From: Octopus bimaculoides
Taxonomy: Eukaryota
Length of the DNA stretch: 64,000 nt
Reading direction: 5' to 3'
Assembly (NCBI RefSeq): GCF_001194135.2
Contig: NC_068986.1
Span: 31,500,875-31,564,874, forward strand
Numbering within the stretch: the stretch's first letter is position 1; each line of letters starts with the position of its first letter. Made by a program: the position numbers and the translations under genes. The notes beneath the pieces are model-generated. The model ran no database searches. It saw only the letters and a list, made by a program, of their open reading frames with translations, and had not been told where the DNA came from. Below are positions 15,801 through 26,900 of the stretch, in pieces.

Positions 15801-15871
15801 CACTTACTGTAGTATATTTTGTAGTCTTTGGTGTTGGGGATTCCTTTCTCGGTGATTTTGTACGTAGACAT
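204..15871 (-). CDS. PPA1: Soluble inorganic pyrophosphatase (PPA1/PPA2, Nurf-38-like), 5' part. Coding exons 15871-15808 and 319-204; the gene continues off the left edge.
   Basis: Exon 1 encodes [21 protein letters not shown] and ends phase 1 at a GTAAGT donor (15807). Exon 2 (acceptor ttcttcAG at 321-320) continues in phase as [39 protein letters not shown] and ends at a GTAGGT donor. This matches the family I PPase N-terminal motif ISPFHDIP...MVVEvPRWtNaKME. Intron 1 is 320-15807 (15,488 nt). Confidence 0.92.
590..875 (-). mobile_element. SINE/RTE-tail repeat with a (TGA)n 3' end; representative of many copies (e.g. 9128-9325 -, 20480-20665 +, 30600-30935 +, 51710-52005 -, 55290-55410 -)
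   Basis: The motif ...ggttggcgttaggaagggcatccagctgtagaaact...ccaacccatgctagcatggaaagcggacgttaaa(tga)n recurs at least a dozen times in the window. Confidence 0.8.
1093..1330 (+). mobile_element. Helentron-associated (HINE/DINE-1-like) non-autonomous element fragment
   Basis: It starts ttattaccgccc with a short hairpin (ccct-tagcaa-aggg), then a GTTT/GTCC microsatellite and the atctcaaaaactgctggatggatt...gattagattttggg core typical of HINE-like repeats. Family assignment is by recognition only. Confidence 0.5.
3573..3758 (+). mobile_element. piggyBac-type MITE flanked by TTAA (related copies near 4694-4840, 8440-8640, 10247-10615, 28100-28226, 36803-37017, 55100-55290, 61160-61310)
   Basis: TTAA-cccttcagcattcag...tttaaatgcttacagg-TTAA. 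The family consensus ends are CCCTTTAGCATT / AATGCTAAAGGG. Confidence 0.7.
12052..12175. mobile_element. 124-bp MITE with perfect 41-bp TIRs and an 8-bp TSD (Merlin-like), inserted into a SINE
   Basis: The TIR is GGTAAATTTTCAGATTAACACCCGCACGATTTTCACTAGGG. The TSD AAAATAAG is at 12044-12051 and 12176-12183. The spacer contains TTAGGG/CCCTAA. Confidence 0.88.
12615..12813. mobile_element. Fold-back TIR element with internal telomere-like (CCCTAA)n/(TTAGGG)n tracts, copy 1
   Basis: GC-rich inverted arms ending ...ctttagtagtacc flank the spacer acacgtattcatttgcacacgc. The same family occurs at 18320-18506. Confidence 0.8.
14384..14614. mobile_element. 231-bp fold-back MITE (GG ends, about 82-bp TIRs, 8-bp TSD GAATGACC/GAGTGACC; Merlin-like)
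   Basis: The arms ggcataactacagggttttacccc...aaattttctat are nearly perfect inverted copies. The centre holds a 37-bp palindrome made of the element's own termini. Confidence 0.85.
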
Positions 15872-16393
15872 AGTTGCTGTTTGAAAAGAAAAGAGCCGTC
15901 GCTGCAGACCGCAAGAGAAGAGCGAAAATGAATGAAGCTGATGTAATAACTGCAGCAATGGACTTGGCGAAATTAGTCGGCGATTGCTAATCACACAAGC
16001 AGGACTCGATCTAGTGGTGATATTACCGGCAGCGAGTAGACGATCTGATGTGCACCACCAATGGCAAATATTACTACTGCCGCTATGTATTCTTCTTCTT
16101 ATATCAATACTGCTGCCGTCGACGTTACAAAAGCTTCTACCACCACTACTACCACCTCCGTTGCTTAGATTATTCTTATAACACGAAGCGCGACGCTTAT
16201 GAACTCCTACTCCCGCGCTTTCTTGTTCGACAGCTTTCAAAACCCGCCACCTCGCAAGCGTATTAGTATTAATTGATTGACATCGGTTAACAGTGGCAGA
16301 GGTGGGGGTCTTTGTGGAGTGTACACTGAGCCTTAATATACCAGGAAGAAGGTAAAGACGGCTGCTTGCAAAAGAAGGGTGGAAATGTTGCAT
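15872..16393 (-). CDS. Putative 174-aa in-frame N-terminal extension of PPA (long, possibly mitochondrial isoform)
   Basis: The frame is stop-free from 16426 through the MSTY start. The only upstream in-frame ATG is at 16393. Composition is 17 R + 4 K versus 5 D/E and Ser-rich, ending in ...[13 protein letters not shown]. Confidence 0.6.
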
Positions 16394-16531
16394 CGCTGTA
16401 ACGTACAAAACACACCGACCTCTACGTCACAAATACATACACACACACATACATACATATATAAACACACATATCATGTGTAATATATATATTTAATTGG
16501 CAGAAATTACAAATTTAAAAACATACAGAGC

Positions 16532-16562
<31 letters not shown>

Positions 16563-17099
16563 GCGTTGTCTCTTATATACTTATATCTATATATGTGTAT
16601 GTGCATAGACACACACGTGTATAAATATGCTTTAATTTACAAGTACATCCACAGTGAATATTATATCATAACAAGGTGACACCTGGTGTCTGAGTTCATT
16701 TACTAAGATGCAGTAACTAGTGTTTGATCACGGACACCTGCCCAGAATAACTTAATGGGTCGAAAGGTTATTTGGCATTAGCAAAAGTTGGGTTGGCCAG
16801 ACCAAATTATATATTTAATTTCCTTGGACAATCTATTGTTTTATTTAAATTTTTCTTTTGATGTTTTATCAATAAACGTGATCTGGCAGTATTGTAAATA
16901 AGGAAATTTTAAATAAAATTATGATTATAATCACGGGATTTTATTTATGTATATATATATTAATCTTTAAATATATCATGAAATGCTTTTCTTTTCTTTT
17001 TGTACTCGTAGATGTTTTTAAGTACTTACCAATTAAAAAGAAATGAGTTCTAAATTCCGGGAAATCAGTCGTATAAAATAAATTTAAAAAGACATTTTT

Positions 17100-17612
17100 T
17101 ACAGTTTACTTATTTCAGTCTTAGACTGCGGCCATGCTGGGGCACCGCCATGAAGGCTTGTAGTCGAACGAATCGACCCCAGTACTTTTTTTTCTTTTTT
17201 GAAGCCTGCTACTTATTCTATCGGTGTTTTTTTTGCCGAACCGTTAGCTTTGGGGACGTAAACACACCAGCACCGGTTGTCAAGCGATGGGGTGGAGGAT
17301 ACACTCACATATATGACAGAGTCTAAGGCATTTACCCCTCCCCCTCACCGCCAGGACAATTACCCCTGAGGACAACAAATGATTCAAAACTTCTTAATAT
17401 ACTGGAGAGGGGGTAATTAACCAAATGGGGTAATTGTGCTAGGGGATAGTTGTCGGGGGGGGGGGGAGTATTGTCCTATGGGGGTGTAATTGTCCTGATA
17501 CATGACAAGCTTCTTTCAGTTTCCGTCCACCAAATCCACTCACAGGGATTTGGTCGGCAGATGACACTTGCCCAAGGTGCCATTCAGTGGGACTGAACCT
17601 GGAACCATGTAG
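17100..17612 (-). mobile_element. tRNA-derived octopus-type (OK-like) SINE interrupted by a GC-rich insert at about 17319-17499
   Basis: SINE head (ggttcagtcccactg...gggcaagtgtc) and tail (ctccagcatggccgcagtc...tgactgaaa) in reverse orientation flank a ggacaattacccc-motif insert. Confidence 0.7.
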
Positions 17613-18319
17613 TTGAAATTTCGATTTTCTGAAAGGTGTTCCAGCCATTCTGTCTATTTATTGAATATTGATGACTACATTACACAATCTGATCTCTTTT
17701 TTTTTAAGATTATAGGATATGATTTTGGAGATTTGGTTGCTATCTCTAGCAGGTTGAGAATCGACACAGAGACCCCTATTAACTCATATTCTAATGTAAT
17801 AAGTCACACAGAAACCGGCCGGTTTGATCCATATCAAAGGCGCAAGGTCCCTTATAGGGCTTAATTTGAATAGGGCGTAAGTAATTCCTTTCATAGGGCT
17901 TTAACCCACATACTATTGGCTCTCCCTTAGTAATTATGTTGTCGTACTTCGTGTTCTTTTAGATTAAATATATAATTTCCTTAATATATTGTTCTTCGTT
18001 ATTCTTTCAACTAAACATGGGTTATTTATCTTTATCTTAATATTGATCCCTTTTAATCTGCTGTATGTCACTGGCCCTATTACAGCCGTCGTTGTTTCTT
18101 AGACTTCCAACGCGGGATTAGCTTTCTGATTGTTATGTACACAGCACCAAATAAAGTACGTCAATTATAAAAAGCCAATGCGGCAGCCTCTACATGGATG
18201 CTTGTCTTGCTAGAAATGTCAGCCAAAATCTTCATTTATTTAGACACAATAAAAAGACGGTATAACAATGACTAGAATGTCTTCGATTACGATCTGGGAC
18301 TTAACAACAATGTCAACTA

Positions 18320-18506
18320 CGCGTCCGCGCTAGCTAGTCGTGAGTGGTCGATCCTAACCCTAACCCTAACCCTAACCCTATTCCTAACCCTAAACACGTA
18401 TTCATTTGCACACGCGGGTTAGGGTTAGGGTTAGGATCGACCACTCAAGACTAGCTAGCGCGGACGCGCAACTGCGCGTTCGGTACCGTGCTGCTTTAGT
18501 AGTACC
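18320..18506. mobile_element. Fold-back TIR element with (CCCTAA)n/(TTAGGG)n tracts, copy 2 (left arm truncated)
   Basis: It has the same spacer and arms as 12615-12813. Confidence 0.8.
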
Positions 18507-19379
18507 CATACTGATTTTAGTAAAAATTAAAATTTCTGACATCTTCGGAAGCCACATGATTGCGGACGCCTACTCGTGTACAGCATTATATACATCTACT
18601 AAATCAGTTTTTTCGGAGAGCGGGCAAATTGCTATATTTAATATAATTAAGATGCTTTTAAACTTTGTTAAATCTACGTGATACCATGGCGAAAAAAAGA
18701 CGAATTATACCTATACAAAAACCCTAATTTCTCACTTCTTAATAACAAAAGGGCTGCAAAAAAAAATTTTTTTAACTAATATTTTGTGTGTATATGGAGG
18801 GAAGACTCATATTTGTGAGTTTGATAATAATTTAGATGTTGTTTCTAGTTTCTGGTCAGTCTTTCATTGGTTTAAAGTGGAGTATGCGGATCGCACAGGG
18901 CGGTCACTTTATATGCATATGTATGCCGCAGTCGAAGATACGTTACACTTAATGAAGAAAGCAGGCAATTTAGCTACCACACGAAACGATCAAAATTCAG
19001 GCTATTACACCGCATTCTTTGTGACATTACTGGTAATGTCTGATACATTTTGAATGACGATGTGTACCAGGGCACAGTATTGAACATCTACAAAGTGATT
19101 CCCTCATTGTTGCTTTCACAAGAAGCTCTATTAAGAATGAAACATGTCCGGAATTGTCTCCCTCTATTGCCACAATCATTAAAATAATATTGGTGTTGTT
19201 CTCCATTGCCACTTATAAATTTTATTAATGCTCATCATATTGAATATGTTAACACTACCTTAACTATTGTGTCTTATGCGGATGGTGTCTCTCAGTAATT
19301 AACCATAATGATTCATATTTTTTATATACTAAATTCATAGCTGTACTGAGTCCAAAACTCATGCCCTGCCCGTCACACC

Positions 19380-20373
19380 CAATGAAAGCAGCTGCTAATG
19401 CCAATCCCTCTAGCTCTCTCAAACATGCCCTCAGTTGTGCAGTCAGCCACTCTCACCAGCTATGTTGATGATACAAAAGTATCTCAGACAGTCAAGGGCC
19501 CTGATGACATACAAAAACTACAAAATGACCTACATGCAATATACAAATGGGCTGATGAAAATAATATGCAGTTCAATGCTGATAAGTTTCAAGCACTCCA
19601 ATATCAGCCCACAAACAGACCACAATCGGAATACATAGAACTAGAGACTGGTGCAATTCCACAATTGGAATCGGTGCATAATCTGGTAATCCACATGATA
19701 AATGATGCAACATTTCATGTACATATTATCATGATGGCAACATAGAGGATAGATTCTTGAATCATCCAGAACCAGAAATAAGGATTCTGTGCAACTCCTA
19801 TGGAAGACTTTTGTTCTCAGTCACTTAGATTACTTTTCTCGACTGTGGTTGCCACAGAGCATCAAGCTGGTGGCGGAACTTGAAGCAATCCAGCACCACT
19901 ACATGAAGAAGATTGACTTGGTGAAACAGATGAGCTATTGTAAGAGACTACAAGAACTGAAGCTCTACTCCCTGGAGAGATGGAAGGTCTAGCACCCAAC
20001 TTTGGAATTAAAAGTTATACAAACCATCGAACTGGATGGCACTGCATAATACCAAAGATCCCATCTTCTTTATTATGGATAAGGTCCCAATACTGCTACA
20101 GCTTGGGTCTCAGGGGTCCACAACTGTTTAACGTCCTGCTAAAAAACCTCAGAGATTTTCAAGGTGTAGACATGGAAACCTTCAAAAGCACCTGGACAAA
20201 TTTCTATCTGAAATCCCAGGTGAACTCTCATTGCAGTTGGAGGCACAAAAGAAGAGCAGCTGCATTCAGCTCACTTCTTCACCAAAGACAATACAGAAAG
20301 GACACCCAAAAACACTGAAAGGTGGTGCTCCAGCATGGCCCCGGCCTTTGGCTGAAACCAGTAAAAGAGTAAA
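19380..20373 (+). mobile_element. 5'-truncated, frameshifted CR1-type LINE: RT C-terminal part plus 3' UTR
   Basis: Remnant frames read ...SYVDDTKVSQTVKGPDDIQKLQNDLHAIYKWADENNMQFNADKFQ (YADD-type motif), then VLSHLDY...LEAIQ...RLQELKLYSLER and EGLAPNFGIKSYTNHRTG. The element ends gtaaaagagtaaaa. Confidence 0.85.
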
Positions 20374-20429
20374 ACAACATAAAATACACACACACACATG
20401 TATTAATGTACATACATACACACACATAC

Positions 20430-20478
<49 letters not shown>

Positions 20479-23400
20479 CCGGTGGCACGTAAAGCACCCA
20501 CTACACTCTTGGAATGGTTGGCGTTAGGAAGGGCATCTAGCTGTAGAAACTCTGCCAGATCAGATTGGAGCCTGGTGCAGCCATCTGGTTTTTCCAGTCC
20601 TCAGTCAAACCGCCCAACCCATGCTAGCATGGAAAGCGGACGTTAAATGATGATGATGATGATGATATATATATATATATGGGGGGAAGATGAAAAGTTA
20701 CTGGCTTTGGGTAAAATAAAATACAGGAGGATCAGTTAATTATGATTTTATTCAACATATTCCCCTCTCAGATCCACACACTCATAGCAGTGGTCCTTCA
20801 ATTTTTCCCAACCCTTGCAAAAGAATTCGGACGGTTGGGCCTCCAATCAGGTCTTTTGCAAATACCCTCAAAGCCAAGAAATTTTCTGCACCTCCTCAAA
20901 TATCACACACACCTACATGTATATGTAAACACACATACACACATATGTATATGTAAACACACATACATACATGCCTGCACATGTATGTATTAATTTATAT
21001 ATATTTACTTATCTCTGTTTCAAGGTTTTTCACTTTGAATTTAGCTATAAAGATTGATAATGTTATTAGCTTTTCTACCCTTAACTTTGTCATTTAATCT
21101 ATTAATGTCGATTTTTCACTTTGTGTTGTTTGTATTATTAATAACATTGTGTCATAGAATACTGCATGTCACTGGAGTTTTGTTACCTTGGTTGTATAGG
21201 TATTTGACCTATTTTATATTGTTCAGTTGAATGTTTCTTTTTATGAAAAAGAGGGAACAAAATTGTGTAGCCATTTTATTTGTTAAATTTATACCAGAAC
21301 ATTATTTGAATTATCAATAATTGGATGGAAAACCATAAAAGGCAGACCCTAAATAATTAATAATCTCTTTGATATTAATAAAGCAAGAAATTTCGATGAA
21401 GACTGGAATGAGGTTGTGTGATATTCATTCATACTTTTCTGATAGGATATTAATGATACATACATACATACATACATACAAATAAACAAACTAGCAAAAC
21501 CTGAAAATTGTTAACCCATACCAGGAATTTCCACATCAGGTGCAGGTGTGGTTCTCTGATAAGACGTTTGTTTCCCAACCCACATAGTTCCGAGTTCAGT
21601 CCCACTGCAAAGCGCCTCGGGCATGTGTCTTCTACTATAGCTTCAGGCCGACCAAAGCCTTGTGAGCGGATTTTGTAAACAGAAACTGAAAGAAGCCCAT
21701 TACTTATCTATCTATCTATCTATATATATATATCATCACTGTTTAACGTCTGCTTTCCATGCTGGCATGGGTTGAATGGTTTGACCGAGAACTGACAAGC
21801 CGGGAGGCTGCACCAGGTTCCAATCTGATCTGGCAAGGTTTCTACAGCTGGATGCTCTTCCTACTGCTAACCACTCTGAGAGTGTAGTGGATGATTATTA
21901 CGTGCCACTGGCACAGGAGCCAGTCAGGTGGCACTGGCATTGACCATGCTCAAATGATGCTTTTTACATACCACTGGCAATGGCATCAGCCATGCTTGAA
22001 TGGTGCGTTTTACTTGCCACTAGGGCTGGCTCCTGTCAAACCCTCCAAGCCATGCCAGCATGGAAAGCAGACATTATTCTGCTGTTCTTTACCCTTTCTG
22101 TACTGTCAGTCATCACTTACTCTCCCCTGAGTCACTTCCATTTCTCATTTTTATCAGTTCTCCACCTATTCATTTTTACTATCATTCACCTCTCCACCCT
22201 TGTTCACCATTTGCATCACTTCTATATCTCTAACCATCTCCATCTCCCTCCCTCTCTCCACACTCTTGCAACTTATATCCATCCACCCTTCTAATCTTCT
22301 GTCCCACACTCTCTTCTATACAACTTCTTACACTTTAAGAGTACACTCTGGCATCACTGACTTTATCTCACTCTCTAGCTCCGTCCCAACTACTCCAACT
22401 CTTATACAATATGTTGCTGTCCCTTCTAACATAATTTAATCCCTCAACTCCTAACACAAGGCCACCTCTCTTAACTATATTCTCTCTCAGTTGAGGAGGG
22501 ATTTTAGTCTTACAAGTAGCATGGTGACCTCACTAGTGCTGATGCTACAAAGGAAACAAAAAGCCTCCTCTGCATTTTGTAAAGTGGTTGACATTAGGTT
22601 AGGAAGGGCATCCAGCTATAGAAAGTATGCCAAGCAGACATTGGAGCAAAACACAATCTCCCAACCACACACACACACACACAACTATCATTATTAGCAT
22701 GTCACTATCTCTGTTTATTCAAGCCTCTGAAATGCCTGGCCAACGCAAATAGTTACTATGATACTTACACCATGACTAAACTTATTGATAATAAAGTCAT
22801 GTCACTTAACTGTCTGATCTCATACTTTCACTATGATTGTATTTCATGGAAACGTGTGCTTTGGTTAGCTGAAGGCTGAACTGTCAGCAGTTATACACTC
22901 AATAGCAAGTAGTATATTTTATCATTTAGTAAATATTAAAAAGGCACAGATATTTTATTCAAACACTTGCTTTTAATACGGTTTGCTGAACTATAAAACT
23001 CAACAATTATCACTCATAGATTTTCTGACGTGGCTGTCAGGTGCAGGCATGGCCGTATGGTTGACATGTGTGCTTTTCAGCCACATGGTTTCAGTCCTCC
23101 CTTGTGGCACCTTGGGCAAGTATCATGTGCTAACCAAAGCTTTGTGAATGGGTTTGGTTGATGTAAAGTGAAAGAAGCTCATCATATATAGATATATATT
23201 CTTTTACTTGTTTCAGTCATTTGACGGTGGCCATGCTGGAACATCGCCTTAGGTCAAAGAAACCAACCCCAGGACTTATTCGTTGTAAGCCTAGAACTTA
23301 TTCTATAGGTCTTTTTGCTGAACCACAATGTTACAGGGATGTAAACACACCATTTCATTATTGAGATAAGGTAGTCATTTGAGTATCAGACAGGATGATT

Positions 23401-23957
23401 TGCAATATTTGTTTCAACACTCTGCACTCTTCAAATCTCACCAACATCAACTTTGTCATTCATCCTTTTGGAGTCGATAAAAATGTAGTAATCCACAGTA
23501 GTGAATTAGCAGAAGTTACAGAAAGCTTGGTAAGATGTCTTGCAGCATCTGTTCCAGCTCTTTACACTGGTGCCAACCTATATATAGACCCAAGGTAGTG
23601 GCTTTTCTCTTGAATAACACTGGTAGCATGGAGAGGGGAAATTTGTATGTTTGGGTAACTGCTAATCTTCTTCAATAAAATCTGCATATATGTGTGTATG
23701 TACATAGTCAGCCTTCAACTACAGAGGCCTGATTCCATCTCCAGATTACTGTAGGCATTTCTGATGACATCTCATAGCAGAACATATTTGATGGTAAATT
23801 TTTTTCAGTTGAAGTACAAATAGGAGTTGGTGAATTTGTAATAACATTGAAATGACATAGTTGGAGTAGACAGCAGAAAATAAGATGACCAGGAAGTTAC
23901 CCAACTCCATCAGCCGTTTTAATATAATAACAAAAAGAAACAACAATAAACAATATT

Positions 23958-26900
23958 TTATTTTTTATTATTTGCAGCACGATTTTTCTTCTTCATTTCT
24001 CTGTACAGTTTTACAACTCGTTCCCGCTCTTCTGATAACATACTTTGTTTCGCTAATGATAAATATTTCAATTTTGTTGACTTTTTATTTTTTGGTTTTG
24101 TTTCAGTGTTCTTATTTGTTTTTGTTTCAGGATTCTTCTTTGCTTTTGGTTCAGAATTCTGTTCTAAAATCTTCTTCAAGAGAAGCTCCTTTCTTCCAGG
24201 CTACAAATAATAGTACAAAAGAAGTCAATTAGAGGAAACACTGATCAATCTGGGTTGGCAAAATTTACTCCTTAGAAGTAAATACCCCTGGTTTAATATC
24301 TCTGGTCTGGTGAGCATGACCAAATACTTAAAGCCAAATCACTCTTACCTGTAAATCTAAAAAGTTTATAACTGATTGAATTACCTCCAATAGACCCCTC
24401 TCAGACAGCTCTCTAGCCCTTTAGCATTTCCACCCGCCAAGTAATACCAATACTACTAACAAGTCCAAAATAAGTTATCTCCCTTGTAAACATCACCCAA
24501 ACTGAGATATCCCAAGTCTGTATAATTTTTGATGTTTAAATGTCTACATAACATTTTAAGGCAATTTTTTACGCTGGAAGGAAAAATATTGGTTTCAAAT
24601 TTTGACACAAGGCCAGAAATTTCGAGGGAGGGACAAGTCGATTACATTAACCCCAGTGCTCAACTGGTACTTATTTTATCAACCCCCAGAGGATGAAAGG
24701 CAAAGTTGACCTCGGTGGAATTTAGACTCAAAACCTAAAAACATGAAATGTTGCTAAACATTTTATCTGGTGTGATAACAATTTTGCCAGCCCACCACCT
24801 TACTCATTCTAAATATTAAGGAAATGTTTTGACAGTTTCCTCTTTATTAATCATAAGATAAGATAGAGTTTGTATCCGTTTAAATTATCAGTGCAGAATT
24901 AGGCTGTTTACAACTGTCTGCTTGTAGATAGCACTGTTTTACTTCCTTTCATTTTAAAGTATTATCTTCAAATTTTCCTATGAAGTTTATTACAGCCAAA
25001 CACAACGACTATTGAAAAGGTTGCAAGACGCAATGAAAATTTCAGAAAAAATAAATAAGTAAATGAGTGGAAATCGAACCAGTGAGTGTGTTAAATAATA
25101 AGGCACTAAAAGAGAATGACTCTTCCCAGACACTAAAATATGTTTCAACACCCAAATTCACATAAAGAATCCTGCAAACTGAATACAATAACAAAACTTC
25201 TAGCATAGTTTGTTTATAACTCAAAGGTGTAGACCGTTTAATTAGAAGTGATGAGTTACTGCAAATTTCAGAAGATTCTGATGAAGATCAACAAGAATTT
25301 AACCAAACACATCCAGAGGATGACTTGGAGCTGGTTGAAGATAAAAAATTTCAAGTGGAAAGTGCTAAATATGTCTCCCATATGAGGAAGTATAGTTCTT
25401 AAGTAACAGACAATAGAAGTATTGCAACATTGTTATTAAATAAATTACCAATTCCATATAATATTCTCAATGTCTAGATGTTTCTGTTCAGTTGCAGCTG
25501 TGGGGCTAAGAAACTTGCTTCCCAAACATGTGGGCTGGAGTTCAGTCCTACTGTGACACCCACCTTGGGCAAATGTCTTCTACTACAGCCTTGGACCAAC
25601 CAAAGCCTTCTGAGAGGATTTAGTAGATGGAAGCTAAAAGAAGCCCATTGTATATACAAATGTGTGTCTCTTTGTATAGATATGTGACTATTGTAAATGA
25701 GCATCATTGCCATACAGGTGAGATTGTTGATTTCCCTGTGAAAAAGATGTCTAGTTGTAAGAAAATATTGTCTTGCTTGGAAACATGTAAGAGTCGGTGA
25801 CAGCAGGAATAGCAACCAGCTGTAGAAAATCTACCTCAACAAATTCAATTGACTCACGCAAGCATAGGAAAAGCAGATAGTAAATGATGATAGTGTGTAT
25901 ATTTTTAAGTGTTCTAGATATGGAACTCAGGTAATAGACGCAAGTTATCTTCCTGCACTAAAGGCTGATAGAGTTAAAACTACATAAGACACAAACAAAT
26001 GATTCCTTCACCCTTGGTCCAATTCCAGGAAGAAATAATAAAATAACAAACCTTTGAAACATTGGCAGAATCAGCTTTCCGAGGTTTAGCTTTGATTACA
26101 GGAGGTGCCATAGCTACTTCTCCAAACACCACTTCATCTAAAATACAATTTATCAAAAATTTTTTAAATAAAAATCAAGGAAAAATAAGATACTGAGCAC
26201 AAGTGTAAAAGAAAACAACAAGAATTAGTTGTAGAGATTCCAACAATTATTTAAATATTAAAAATCAAATGGAAATATAGAAAAAGAGAATCAGGAAGAC
26301 AACCAATAAATTGCAGGGAATTATGGGAATGAGTAAGTGATGGATGTTAAAGAAATGGGATGAAATGGTTGAGTCATTTGTTGAAGAAGGATGAAGGTGA
26401 CTGGATGAAGGGAATAATAGAAATGAATGTAGAAGAGAGTTAAGGAAGTAAACTGCAAAAATGGCCAAAGATGATAAAGGAGTAGATAAGGGAAATGGGA
26501 GTTGTAAAAGACAGGGTAAAAAAATGAAGATTGTCATGAGACTTACAAAGCTAACACTTGTTTTAGCAAGAAAAATAGCCTTAAAATGTTTGTTGTTATA
26601 TCTGCATGTGATGTCTATAATAGAACATTACATAAGCATCTTTTCAGCATTATATAGGGATGTTTGTCCAACCCATGCCAGCATGGAAAACTGACGTTGA
26701 ATGATGGTGATGAAAATGTTTTTTTAGAAACCTAACAAAAATATAAAGAATAGTGCAGACACAGGTGTGTAGCCAAAAATATAGATGCAGGTAGTATGAT
26801 TGCATAATTAAGAAGTGTTTTCTACTATAGCCTTGGGTTAACCAATGTCCCATAGTGACATTTAATAAATTGAAATTATATGTAACTTTGATGAGTGTGT

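Noticed and set aside
18350-18435. (CCCTAA)n/(TTAGGG)n as an interstitial telomere or chromosome-fusion scar
   Set aside because: The tracts are only 3-6 units long, face a fixed spacer, and sit inside TIR arms repeated elsewhere in the window, so they are element-borne.
18784-19053. 89-aa ORF in a CpG-rich region
   Set aside because: No recognisable motif or phase-consistent partner exons; the length is compatible with chance.
22085-22480. Pyrimidine-rich stretch with overlapping ORFs (similar at 26265-26694)
   Set aside because: Strand-biased low-complexity or old repeat sequence with no recognisable protein.
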